From Candidatus Latescibacterota bacterium (GTDB lineage: Bacteria; Latescibacterota; UBA2968; UBA8231), in assembly GCA_965223905.1 (NCBI GenBank), contig CBDCXV010000002.1:544001-608000 (forward strand): a DNA stretch of 64,000 nt. Reading direction: 5' to 3'. Within the stretch, counting starts at the first letter, position 1, and each line of letters starts with the position of its first letter. The position numbers and the translations under genes are program-made. This document shows, one piece after another, positions 20,895-30,434 of this stretch. The notes below the pieces were generated by a model. It was not told the DNA's origin and did not search any database. It worked only from the letters and a program-made list of their open reading frames with translations.

Positions 20895-23306
20895 ATGCAA
20901 ACCCGAGACCAGGAGGACCTGCTGATGAACCGCGCCGATGACCAAAGACTGGAGAACCAGGCCGCCAAGGAACGCCTGTCCCGGCTGTGCACGGCCATGC
21001 TCCGCATCAGTGCCAGCCTCGACCTCGATACGGTCCTGCACGAGGTCCTGGACAGCGCCCGCGACCTGACCGGTGCCCGCTACGGCGCCATCACCACCCT
21101 CGACGAGGAGGGGACCCTCCAGGACTTCGTCACCTCCGGTCTCACGGAAGAGGAGCACCGTCAGCTGGCCGACTGGCCCGATGGACCCAGGCTCTTTGAG
21201 TATCTGCGCGACTTTGAGGGAACCCTGAGGTTGTCGGACGTGATCGCCTACGCGCGCTCCCTTGGCTTTTCCGGGGACCTGCTGCCGTCCTCGACCTTCC
21301 AGGGCACCTCGATGCGCCATCGGGGCGTGCACGTGGGCAACTTCTATCTCGCCGAGAAACAGGACGGGAAGGAGTTCTCGGCTGAAGATGAAGAGATCCT
21401 GATGCTGTTTGCCTCCCAGGCGGCGACCGCGATTGCCAACGCGCGCGCCCACCGGGCAGAGCAGCGCGCCCACCGGGCAGAGCAGCGGGCCCGGGCGGAC
21501 CTGGAGGCCCTGGTCGAGACCTCGCCGGTGGGTGTGGCGGTTTTCGATGCGCGAACCGGCCGTCCGGTGTCGTTCAATCGCGAGGCCAAGCGGATCGTGG
21601 AGAGCCTGCGCACGCCGGGCCGTCCGCCCGAGGATCTGCTCGGGGTGATCACCTGCCGCCGCGCCGACGGACGCGAGATCGCTCTCGACCGGTTCCCGCT
21701 GTCCGGGTTGTTGAGCACTGCAGAGACGGTGCGTGCCGAGGAGATCGTGCTCTCGACCCCCGACGGCCGGAGGGTGACGACGCTGATGAACGTCACCCCG
21801 ATTCACGCCGAGGACGGCACGATCACGTCGGTGGTCGTCACCCTGCAGGACCTGGCCCCGTTGGAGGAGCTGGAGCGCATGCGGACCGAGTTCCTGAGCC
21901 TTGTCAGCCACGAGCTACGCACGCCGCTGACCTCCATCAAGGGCTCGACCGCCACGGTGCTGGGCGCTTCCCGGCTCTTCGATCCGGCCGAGATTCAGCA
22001 GTTCTTCCGCATCATCGACCAGCAGGCCGATCACATGACCGGTCTCATCAGCGACCTGCTGGATGCCGGACGCATCGACACCGGCACGCTGTCGGTGGCC
22101 CCGGAGTCTTCGGAGGTGGCCCCGATGGTGGATCAGGCAAGGAATACGTCCCTGAGCGGCGGCGGCCGACACACCGTCCTCATTGATCTGGCGCCGGACC
22201 TGCCCCGGGTGATGGCGGACCGGGGGCGCATCGGGCAGGTGCTGAACAACTTGCTGGCCAACGCCGCCCGTCACGCTCCGGAGTCCTCTCCCGTCCGGGT
22301 CGCCGCCGAGCGCGACGGGGTGCACGTCGAGATCTCGGTATCCGACGAAGGCCGGGGCGTTCCACCGGAGCGCCTGCCGCATCTGTTTCGAAAACATGCC
22401 GGGCTCGCCGGCGGGGAGCCGGAAGCCGGAACCGGCGGCTCGGGGCTCGGCCTGGCCATCTGCAAGGGGCTGGTGGAGGCGCACGGAGGCCGCATCTGGG
22501 CCACCAGCGGCGGAATCGGCCTGGGCACCCGGTTCACCTTCACCCTGCCGGTTGCCGAGGAGGCCGGACCCGCCGCGGCCACCGGCTCCACCCCCGGCCC
22601 CTCGCGTTCCCTTCAGCCCGGCGGGGAAAAGGCGCGCATCCTGGTGGTGGACGACGACCCGCAGACGCTGCGCTACGTTCGCGACGCGCTGTCCACTGCC
22701 GGCTTCGACCCCCTGGTCACGGGCGACCCCCGGGACCTGTCGCGCATCCTCCGCACCGAGAAACCCGAGTTGGTTCTGCTCGACCTGATGTTGCCCGACA
22801 CCGACGGCATCGAGCTGATGGACCGCCTGCCCGAACTGGCCGATCGGCCGGTCATCTTCATCTCGGCGTACGGGAGGGACGAAACCATGGCCAGGGCCTT
22901 GGAGGCCGGCGCCGCCGACTACATCGTCAAGCCCTTCTCGCCCACGGAGCTGACGGCGAGGATCCGCGCCGTGCTGCGCAGAAGGGCCGATCCCGAACCC
23001 TTCGTGCGGGGGGAGCTGACCATCGACTTCGACCAGCGCCGGGTGACCCTGGCTGGACGCCCGGTAGACCTGACGGCTACCGAGTACGAGTTGCTGCGCG
23101 TCCTCTCGCTCAACGAGGGACGGGTCTCCACCCACGACGCCCTGCTCCGCCAGGTCTGGGGCGAGAGGGGCAGCAGCGACCCGAAGCTTGTTCGGGCATT
23201 CATCAAGAAACTCCGACGCAAGCTGGGCGACGACGCGGCCAGGCCGGACTACATCCAGACCGAGCGCGGAGTGGGGTACCGCATGGCCCCGTCGGGCGAG
23301 CCCTGA
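20895..23306 (+). CDS. Soluble hybrid sensor-regulator: GAF-PAS-HisKA-HATPase-REC-OmpR winged helix
   Basis: SLDLDTVL (GAF), SHELRTPL, NLLANA, DEGRG, GSGLGLAIC, LVVDDD/DLMLP/KPF, LTATEYELL...VWG...LRRKL...IQTERGVGY. Confidence 0.92.
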   Translation: MQTRDQEDLLMNRADDQRLENQAAKERLSRLCTAMLRISASLDLDTVLHEVLDSARDLTGARYGAITTLDEEGTLQDFVTSGLTEEEHRQLADWPDGPRLFEYLRDFEGTLRLSDVIAYARSLGFSGDLLPSSTFQGTSMRHRGVHVGNFYLAEKQDGKEFSAEDEEILMLFASQAATAIANARAHRAEQRAHRAEQRARADLEALVETSPVGVAVFDARTGRPVSFNREAKRIVESLRTPGRPPEDLLGVITCRRADGREIALDRFPLSGLLSTAETVRAEEIVLSTPDGRRVTTLMNVTPIHAEDGTITSVVVTLQDLAPLEELERMRTEFLSLVSHELRTPLTSIKGSTATVLGASRLFDPAEIQQFFRIIDQQADHMTGLISDLLDAGRIDTGTLSVAPESSEVAPMVDQARNTSLSGGGRHTVLIDLAPDLPRVMADRGRIGQVLNNLLANAARHAPESSPVRVAAERDGVHVEISVSDEGRGVPPERLPHLFRKHAGLAGGEPEAGTGGSGLGLAICKGLVEAHGGRIWATSGGIGLGTRFTFTLPVAEEAGPAAATGSTPGPSRSLQPGGEKARILVVDDDPQTLRYVRDALSTAGFDPLVTGDPRDLSRILRTEKPELVLLDLMLPDTDGIELMDRLPELADRPVIFISAYGRDETMARALEAGAADYIVKPFSPTELTARIRAVLRRRADPEPFVRGELTIDFDQRRVTLAGRPVDLTATEYELLRVLSLNEGRVSTHDALLRQVWGERGSSDPKLVRAFIKKLRRKLGDDAARPDYIQTERGVGYRMAPSGEP

Positions 23307-23425
23307 AGAAGCCCTTTGCAGCTTCAGGCGTAAGGAATTTCAACCAGCCCGCAGGGAAACAAGCGCCTCCTCCTGACCGGAGAATTCCGACCGTCTGGCC
23401 GGCTTCCGGCTGGGTCCGGGCCGCC

Positions 23426-23565
23426 TGTGGTAAAATGCCATAGTGCGGCAACTCACCACACCTGCCGCCCTCCCGGGAACCACCGCCGCAAGCAGCAGGA
23501 TTTTCAGTGGGTAAGCCCTTGCGAGGATCTCCACCGGGCCACCCGAACTGTGGTATTCCGCCTCA
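23426..23565 (+). promoter_or_regulatory. Putative enhancer sites of cassette B
   Basis: TGTGGTAAAATGCCATA 23426-23442, TGCGGCAACTCACCACA 23444-23460, TGTGGTATTCCGCCTCA 23549-23565. Confidence 0.65.
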
Positions 23566-23644
23566 CTCCGGTTTCTCCCGCCTTCCCCGCATTTATCTCC
23601 TAACCTCCTTTGCAGTCTGGACTTAAGCCCCTTCCTCCGGCGCC

Positions 23645-23660
23645 TGGCACGGTTCGTGCA
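23645..23660 (+). promoter_or_regulatory. Sigma54 -24/-12 promoter (cassette B)
   Basis: TGGCACGGTTCGTGCA, 58 bp before an ATG with AAGGAGG RBS. Confidence 0.8.
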
Positions 23661-23718
23661 AAGGAATCGGAAGGAACGATTCCGTTTTGGCTGAACCAAA
23701 AAAGGAGGCAGGGCGATC

Positions 23719-26718
23719 ATGCGACAGAAATCTGGTTCGGACCTGCAGAGAGGGGTGGGGACAAACGACGGGGGAGGGACCTTGCAACCGCGGGCGACAA
23801 GCCCTCGCGGCCTCAGGGGGTTGGATTTCAGGCGCCGGGTTCGATTATGGCAACGGCAAGACCATGTGTCTGCCAAACCTCTAGGTAGCTGGCGACTAGG
23901 TGGCTGGCGCGGGACTGGAGCGGTGTATCTGGCCGTGGCCGCCACCCTTGTCATCCCGGCGACTGCCCCTGCTCAAGAGTACAATCCGCCGGTCAGAACG
24001 CTTGTGAAGAATGCCGACCAATCATCAGACAGGCTCGTATTGCTGAATGCGTCCCAGGACGGACTGAATCAGGCATTCAGAACCGGCCCCAATATCGGGG
24101 GGTATGAACTGACGAGCATCGTGCTGCATGTGCACGACACCCATGAGAGCCGGTACATGACGATAGACGCAGGCATCCACCTCTGGGATGAATCCGGCTT
24201 CACCCGCGTCGCCAAGCTCACCAGAGGCCAATTGAACGACTATGCGGCCAATGAGTGGTGGGCACCTGAGAACACCTATCTGGAGCCGGACACGGAGTAC
24301 TACTTCCTGCTTGATTGCACGGCAGGTTGCGCAAATGACAACGTGGCCAAATTCATCGGGACCTTCAGCAGTGAAGACGACCCCGGGGCCGAAGAAGGAT
24401 GGGATATTCACGATCATTGCGGCTACAGGACCGCGGGCGATCCCGATTGGAAATGGTCCTCCAGCTTGATTCTCAAGATAGAGATCAAGGGACGTCCCAG
24501 TTACCACCGCGCCTACAGGACGGAGATCGTATCGACGCCGGCAAGCGGGGACACCTACCTGGTAGGTGAAAACATCGATATCGCCCTGACGTTCAACACG
24601 CCCGTGTACGTGCAGGGCGAATCGTCCATTGGCATTCAGGTCGGCGATGTCGCTGCCCAGGCAGCCTACCTGTCCGGCTCCTTCACGACTCAGTTGGTCT
24701 ACCGCTATGAGGTACAATTGGACGATGCCGACGCAAACGGCATCAGCGTTGACGAGGGCGGACCGGACACCGGATTCGTCGGGTTCGTGCCCACGCTCGT
24801 CGCCAGTTTGGGCTTGTGGCCCGTAGATCGCTATTACCCTGGCGTGGTTGACGACCCCGGCCACAAGGTGGACGGGTCGATCAACTGCACCGTCCTGGAG
24901 GACGGGTCGGTCCACTGCGTCCCCGGATCGACGGCCAGGCTGTCGGTTGCGGACGCGCGGACGACGGAGGCGGCGGACGCAACGCTCGAATTCCCGGTGA
25001 CGCTGGACCGGGCGGCCTCGGAGACGGTGATGGTGGATTTCGCGACCGCGGACGGCACCGCACAGGCGGGCCAGGACTACACGGCCGCGAACGGAACGCT
25101 CACCTTCGCAGCGGGCGAGACGCGGAAGACAATTTCAGTAGCGGTTCTCGACGATGCCCTCGACGAGGGGGAGGAGACCCTGACGCTGACCTTGAGCAAC
25201 GCCTCGGGAGCGCGTATTGCGGACGCCACGGCGACGGGAACGATCGAGAATTTCGATCTGTTGCCGGGAGCCTGGCTGGGGCGCTTCGGCCGCACCTCGG
25301 CGCAGCGCGTGCTCGACGGGGTTCAGGCACGCCTGGAGGCGCCGCGCCAGTCAGGGGTGCAGGCCACCTTCGCGGGCCATGCTCTCGGCGGTTCGGGTGG
25401 GGAAGCGGCGTTTACCTCAGGTAGTGACGGAGAGGTCGCCGCAAGTGGGCCCGGCTCCAACAGGGCGGCGCGGGATCGCTTGGGGGCGCTTCCCGAACGG
25501 TTCGGCGACGAGGCGGGCGGATCCCGGGTGCGGCCGCAGTCGCCGGAGCTGCGCGACCTGGTGACGGGAAGCTCGTTCACCTTGAGCGGGAATGCGGGTG
25601 AAGGCCATGGCACCCTCTGGGGCCGCGGAGCGTATTCCAGCTTCGGCGGGAGCGCCGACGCCCTGTCGCTCGACGGCGGAGTGACGACGGGGATGTTCGG
25701 GGCCGACTACGCCATCGGTCCCTGGGTGGTAGGGCTGCCGCTGTCGCACAGCCGGGGCGACGGTACCTGGCATTCGCCCCGCCGCGGCGACGGCAACCTG
25801 GCCTCCACGCTGACCGGGTTGTATCCCTACGCCGGCTACGACCTCACCGGGCGTCTGTCCCTGTGGGGGACCGCCGGTTACGGTCTGGGGGACCTGAGGC
25901 TGGGGATGAAGGACGGGGAGTCGTACCGCACCGGCATGGATCTGAGGATGGCGGCGGCCGGGGTGCGGGGGGACCTGGTATCCCCCCGGAAAGCGGGCAA
26001 TCTGGCGCTGGCCATCGAGTCGGATGCCCTGTTCGTGCGCACGACCTCTGATGCGTCGTCGGACCCGTCCGGTCTGCTGGCGGCGGCGGTGGCGGACGTC
26101 AGCCGTCTGCGCCTGGGACTGGAGGGCTCCCTGGACCTGGCGCTTGCAGGTGGGTGGCTGACGCCGACGGTGGAGCTGGGTCTGCGCCATGACGGCGGCG
26201 ACGCGGAGACCGGTTTCGGGGTGGAGGTCGGGGCCGGCTCGGCGTTTGCCGACGCGGCGCGGGGCCTGACGGCGCAGGTGACGGTGCGCGGTCTGGTGGC
26301 GCACCAGGCTTCGGACTTCCGGGACTGCATGCTGTCGGGTTCGCTGCGCTTCGACCCGCTGCCGTCCTCGGAGCTGGGCCCGTCGGTGTCGCTGATGCCC
26401 TCGTGGGGGACGTCGTCTGCGGGCGGTGTGGAGGCGCTTATGGGGCGCGAGACGCTGGCGGGTCGGGCGGCCAACGCGGCGGGCGGTCTCGAGGCGGAGG
26501 CGGCTTACGGGGTTTCGGTGTTGGGTGGCCGGGCCACGGGGATCCCCTACCTGGGGGTGGGTCGGTCCGCAGCCTTGCGCGAGGTGCGGGTGGGCTGTCG
26601 CCTGGAGCTGCCGCGCCGGGCAGGGCTGAGGCTGGGCATCGAGGGGACGCGGCGGGAAACCACTGCCGGCAACGCCGCTCCGGACCACGGGGTCATGCTG
26701 CGCCTGGCGCTGCGGTGA
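23719..26718 (+). CDS. Surface protein B, shorter paralog of A (1 Ig-like repeat, 1 Calx-beta, autotransporter-like barrel)
   Basis: Shares the N-terminal domain (FRTGPN.GGYELTSI, THESRYMTI, C.AGCANDN) and the whole C-terminal barrel with 10965-16205. Confidence 0.85.
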   Translation: MRQKSGSDLQRGVGTNDGGGTLQPRATSPRGLRGLDFRRRVRLWQRQDHVSAKPLGSWRLGGWRGTGAVYLAVAATLVIPATAPAQEYNPPVRTLVKNADQSSDRLVLLNASQDGLNQAFRTGPNIGGYELTSIVLHVHDTHESRYMTIDAGIHLWDESGFTRVAKLTRGQLNDYAANEWWAPENTYLEPDTEYYFLLDCTAGCANDNVAKFIGTFSSEDDPGAEEGWDIHDHCGYRTAGDPDWKWSSSLILKIEIKGRPSYHRAYRTEIVSTPASGDTYLVGENIDIALTFNTPVYVQGESSIGIQVGDVAAQAAYLSGSFTTQLVYRYEVQLDDADANGISVDEGGPDTGFVGFVPTLVASLGLWPVDRYYPGVVDDPGHKVDGSINCTVLEDGSVHCVPGSTARLSVADARTTEAADATLEFPVTLDRAASETVMVDFATADGTAQAGQDYTAANGTLTFAAGETRKTISVAVLDDALDEGEETLTLTLSNASGARIADATATGTIENFDLLPGAWLGRFGRTSAQRVLDGVQARLEAPRQSGVQATFAGHALGGSGGEAAFTSGSDGEVAASGPGSNRAARDRLGALPERFGDEAGGSRVRPQSPELRDLVTGSSFTLSGNAGEGHGTLWGRGAYSSFGGSADALSLDGGVTTGMFGADYAIGPWVVGLPLSHSRGDGTWHSPRRGDGNLASTLTGLYPYAGYDLTGRLSLWGTAGYGLGDLRLGMKDGESYRTGMDLRMAAAGVRGDLVSPRKAGNLALAIESDALFVRTTSDASSDPSGLLAAAVADVSRLRLGLEGSLDLALAGGWLTPTVELGLRHDGGDAETGFGVEVGAGSAFADAARGLTAQVTVRGLVAHQASDFRDCMLSGSLRFDPLPSSELGPSVSLMPSWGTSSAGGVEALMGRETLAGRAANAAGGLEAEAAYGVSVLGGRATGIPYLGVGRSAALREVRVGCRLELPRRAGLRLGIEGTRRETTAGNAAPDHGVMLRLALR

Positions 26719-26781
26719 AACATCCCCTGTGCATCCGGGGCGTGCTGCCTGAAACCTGATTCCTTCAGTCTCCGGCTCTTC

Positions 26782-26819
26782 AAGCCTTCCGAAGGTTCCC
26801 ATGCCTTCGGAAGGCTTTT
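26782..26819 (+). terminator. Intrinsic terminator
   Basis: Perfect 14-bp stem AAGCCTTCCGAAGG/CCTTCGGAAGGCTT with 8-nt loop, ending in a short T run, downstream of protein B. Confidence 0.7.
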
Positions 26820-26936
26820 CGCATTCTACCTGCTACACCTGCTTCCTGCCGGCCATGCCGGTCCCGTTCCTGCGTTCGATATTCTTGACAGAGGATTCAC
26901 AGAAGGTATGCTAATCGCGTTCACCTGAGAGGGAAT

Positions 26937-27320
26937 ATGGCTGTCGATACTGCCGCCGCCGCCCGCTGGGTTGTCAGCCGGCACGAGCGGCGGCGTGAGG
27001 CTCTTCGCCGGCGGTTGCAGTCGGCACAGCGAGATGCCGCCCGGATCATCTCCGCGATTGCCGCGGAGTACCGGCCCCTGCGCATTTACCAGTGGGGATC
27101 CCTCGTCCATACCGAACGCTTCTCCGAAATTTCGGATATCGACATCGCCGTCGAGGGGATGAGCTGCGACGAAAAAACCCTCGCGGCCATCCGCTCCCAG
27201 GCGGATTCGATGACCGACTTCCACGTCGACCTCGTCGTCATGGAGCGCCTCGATCCGGGAAGGGCCGACCTCATCCGGCGCTTCGGCAAAGTGGCATGGG
27301 AAGATGGAGACCCGGCCTGA
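26937..27320 (+). CDS. Minimal nucleotidyltransferase (MNT; HEPN/MNT TA antitoxin type)
   Basis: WGSL......F...SDIDIAVEG...VDLV..E motif. Confidence 0.85.
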   Translation: MAVDTAAAARWVVSRHERRREALRRRLQSAQRDAARIISAIAAEYRPLRIYQWGSLVHTERFSEISDIDIAVEGMSCDEKTLAAIRSQADSMTDFHVDLVVMERLDPGRADLIRRFGKVAWEDGDPA

Positions 27321-27534
27321 ACGCGGCATCGACGAGCTGATCGCGGAGCTCGCACAGGCGCGAGAACGAGTAGAGGCAATCTACTCGAAGCTCGGCCATG
27401 CCCGGGACACGACGCTGCCACTCCTCGGCCGCACCGATGACAGCGCTCTCGTAGTTGCCGGCTACCTCGAGATGTACTATTCAGTCCTCGAGACCTTCTT
27501 CGCCGGTCGAATTGACAAGGATGCAATACAGTAG
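27304..27534 (+). pseudogene. Truncated HEPN/HepT-like toxin
   Basis: Overlaps the MNT. AGYLE.YYS.LE.FF helix present, but the ORF ends before any R-x4-H motif. Confidence 0.6.
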
Positions 27535-27539
27535 CGAAA

Positions 27540-28072
27540 ATGGCGTGGCGACCGCGAAAAAATCGATTCACAACGACGCCTAGTAAAATCGAGGTGAATG
27601 TTCGGGCGATTCCGCTCCTTCAACCGAATGGATGGAGGCTATGCACCCTGGAAGAGTTTCCCATTGTAGGTGCAGTCCCTAAGAATTATTTGGCCTACGG
27701 CGATCCGCATTCACCGGCAACGGTTGGCTACATTGCCTCTTTCGTGAATGTTCAGATGCTGATTTGAACAAACATGCGAAACAGAAAGGGCGAGAGCTTT
27801 TTCTCGAGAACTATGCTAATCGTTCGCAGCCAATTATTAGTACAGGCCAGGCGCAGCCAGATAACCACTTTTCGTTGGTGAAGTGGATTTCCGTCAACTA
27901 TCCTATGTGTAGGAACATGATGTGTAGAGTGTTCAATGCGGTCGATCTTCCATCGATCGAGCGCATGCTACAACAACGGTTCCGTCGAATTATCACCCAA
28001 GATCGAATTGGGTTTATTCGAGACCTTCTAGCGATTCGAATTGAACGTCTTCGACAGGAGGTTCGGGCATGA
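27540..28072 (+). pseudogene. HipA-like kinase with internal deletion (N- and C-terminal remnants)
   Basis: N-lobe-like G..PK and YIA motifs, then an abrupt end. Second fragment is helical with R..FI..LL..R..RL. Catalytic core is missing. Coupled to the next gene by ATGA. Confidence 0.5.
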
Positions 28073-28476
28073 AGAAAAGCTTTATGGATCTACTGAATCC
28101 GAAAGTGTGGAGGGCTAACCTCATTCGCACGTCCTCAGCAACCCCGATGGAACGAAAATTGGACATCTATAAGCAAACGCCAGACGGGCTGTGCTTGGTA
28201 GGTCGACTCTCCTGCGAGCAAGACGAGTTTGTGTTCCGATATGATCCCGCTTACAGGGAGGAACCGATCTCGGCGTTCCCCCGGATTGATCAGGAATACC
28301 GCTCCCAGCACCTATGGCCGTTCTTTGCGGTCCGTATCCCACCGATTGATCGAGAGGATATGCGTAAAGAAATTTCGGACTTGTCACTCGAAGAAGATCA
28401 AATCATTGAGATTCTTGGATTGGTAGCCAAGGTTTCGGTGACCAATCCTTACGAATTCAAACTCGCTGGTGATTGA
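28069..28476 (+). CDS. HipA N-terminal (Couple_hipA)-like protein
   Basis: VG.LS......VFRY...Y.....SAFP.....Y.S..LWPFF..RIP...R. Confidence 0.7.
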   Translation: MKKSFMDLLNPKVWRANLIRTSSATPMERKLDIYKQTPDGLCLVGRLSCEQDEFVFRYDPAYREEPISAFPRIDQEYRSQHLWPFFAVRIPPIDREDMRKEISDLSLEEDQIIEILGLVAKVSVTNPYEFKLAGD

Positions 28477-28635
28477 ACGCCGTAACCCAGGTCCAGATGT
28501 GATGTTACTCGGCCCTGAGAACTGATGCCCGCTTCCACTTGCTATAAGGAATTTGCAACAATCCCACGGATGAATGCCGGCACGTTAAGTAACTCCAACC
28601 CGGATGGCTAACCCAGAATCAGCCTTTGATCTACC

Positions 28636-29625
28636 CTACCTGCCGGCATGGCCGGGGCCCTTGTACGGCCTTCCGAACGGCAGCCCGAAAGGCTCTTCAA
28701 ACGGCCGGAACGGCACCAGGTCCGCGATCTCCTGAAGTTCGGCGAGGAGATCCCCCTCCAGCGGCCCCGCTTCCACCGCGCGCACATTCTCTTCTACCTC
28801 CTCCACCGACCGCGCTCCCATCAGAACCGTGGAGATGTCGGGGCTTGCCACCATCATGCGGAGCGCGGCCTCCGGCAGCGACAGTCCGGTTTCATCCAGG
28901 AATCCGTACAGCCGCCGAAACTGTTCCTGCCGCGGCGGGCTGAGCCACGGCGCCCCGGTCTCTACCTCCGGGTAGCGCCGCGACAGGGCGCCCTGTTGCA
29001 GGGGTGAGCCGATGACGAGGCCCATGTTCTGCCGCCTGGCTTCCGGGAAGACGGCGATGGCCGCTTCCCGCCAGAGCAGGCTGTAGTTGAACGCCGTCAG
29101 GACGACGTCGTAGTTCCCCGTTGCCATGATGAGGGGAAGCTGATAGGCGGTGGTGCCGCCGAGCCCGGTGAAGCGGATGATCTTCTCCGCCTTCAGTTCC
29201 TCCAGCAGATCCCAGACCGGTCCGTGGAATCGGTCGTAGTCCGTCCACCAGTCGTACTGACCGGGGCGATCCGGTTCATGTATCAGCAGGACGTCGATAC
29301 AATCGCGTTTGAGCAGCCGCAGGCTTTCATCGACCGACCGACGCAGGAGATCCTTGTCCTGCGGATCGAACGGCTCCGGGCGGCCGCCGAGCTTGGTCGC
29401 GAGATAGTACGGCTGGGTCACCCCTTCGAGCGCGATGCCCAGAACCTCTTCGCTGTCGCGGTAGGCGGGCGCCGTATCCACGTAGTTCACGCCGAGCTCG
29501 AGTGCGCGGTGCACGGCGCGGCACCCTTCGTCACGTCCACCGGTACCCGCACCGGAGACGTAGAGTCCCCCCATTCCCAGCAGACTGACCTCGAGTCCCG
29601 TGCGGCCGAGAGTTCGTTTCTCCAT
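28636..29625 (-). CDS. Aldo/keto reductase
   Basis: KRTLGRTGLEVS.LG.G, G.NYVDTA..Y..SE..LG, ATK, SL.LL..D.ID...IH, SPL.QG.L. Confidence 0.93.
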   Translation of the reverse strand: MEKRTLGRTGLEVSLLGMGGLYVSGAGTGGRDEGCRAVHRALELGVNYVDTAPAYRDSEEVLGIALEGVTQPYYLATKLGGRPEPFDPQDKDLLRRSVDESLRLLKRDCIDVLLIHEPDRPGQYDWWTDYDRFHGPVWDLLEELKAEKIIRFTGLGGTTAYQLPLIMATGNYDVVLTAFNYSLLWREAAIAVFPEARRQNMGLVIGSPLQQGALSRRYPEVETGAPWLSPPRQEQFRRLYGFLDETGLSLPEAALRMMVASPDISTVLMGARSVEEVEENVRAVEAGPLEGDLLAELQEIADLVPFRPFEEPFGLPFGRPYKGPGHAGR

Positions 29626-29805
29626 TTTGTTCCCTTCCTTGCCAACCTCACAGAGGCTTGAATTGTCAGGCCATAGCGCTGTCAGGGCCATGTCCGGTGC
29701 GGTCCAGGTACATGGTTTACAATCAGTCCAGGTGATCATCAAGGTCCAGGTGAACGGCGCGGCCCTCACGATGCCGGCCGGGCTGACCGCAGTCAGGGGG
29801 TGAGA

Positions 29806-30006
29806 ATGGACGCGACTCTGGGCATCACCGGCGAGCACCTGGCCCACTTCGAGCGCAACGGCTTCTTCCTGATCCCCAACCCCTTCGGCGCCGAGGCGAT
29901 TCGCCAGGTCGACATCCGGCAGCAGGAGATGGAGCCGGTGTGGGAGCGCACCCGTTTTCCCCAGGACTGCAAGCAGCTGGCGGCACCGTGTATCTTTGCT
30001 CCGTGA
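29806..30006 (+). pseudogene. N-terminal remnant of a phytanoyl-CoA dioxygenase (PhyH)-like gene
   Basis: IT.E.LAHFERNGFFLIPN is a typical PhyH start. The ORF ends after about 66 aa. Confidence 0.55.
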
Positions 30007-30081
30007 AAGAGGCTTGGTTGATCGGAACGATTTTGGGGATTAATGCTCTATGTGCCGTCTCGAAACGGATGTTGCCTACCA

Positions 30082-30399
30082 GCCTGTACTACGTCACCGC
30101 TTCTGTATCTCTATCGAATCGACGCCCTGAAATGGCTTTCCACCCTGTGTAATGAAGTGTGGATTCCAACGGCCGTGTCGCAAGAGTTGTCGGAAGGACG
30201 ACAAAGAGGGTATGACGTTCCCGATCCACAACACTACGAGTGGCTCAAGATCGTTGACCCTCGCGTGATTCCATCCGAATGGTTGAGTCTGGATCTGGGA
30301 GTGGGAGAATTGGCCGCACTGGCTTTGGCCTTGGAGCATCCTGAGTGCACGGTGCTGCTGGACGACAGGCACGCACGGCGTATCGCGCAGGCTTGTTAG
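30082..30399 (+). pseudogene. PIN-domain/DUF3368 protein remnant
   Basis: TSPL.YL..I..L..L..L...V.IP.AV..E, LG.GE.AALALA, LLDD..ARR.A. Both termini are missing. Confidence 0.7.
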
Positions 30400-30434
30400 C
30401 CAGGCGGCCAACCGCGCAGAATCGAGGGAACCTC

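Noticed and set aside
14450-26715. Diversity-generating retroelement or shufflon explanation for the paralog repeats
   Set aside because: No reverse transcriptase or recombinase in the window, and the differences are not adenine-specific.
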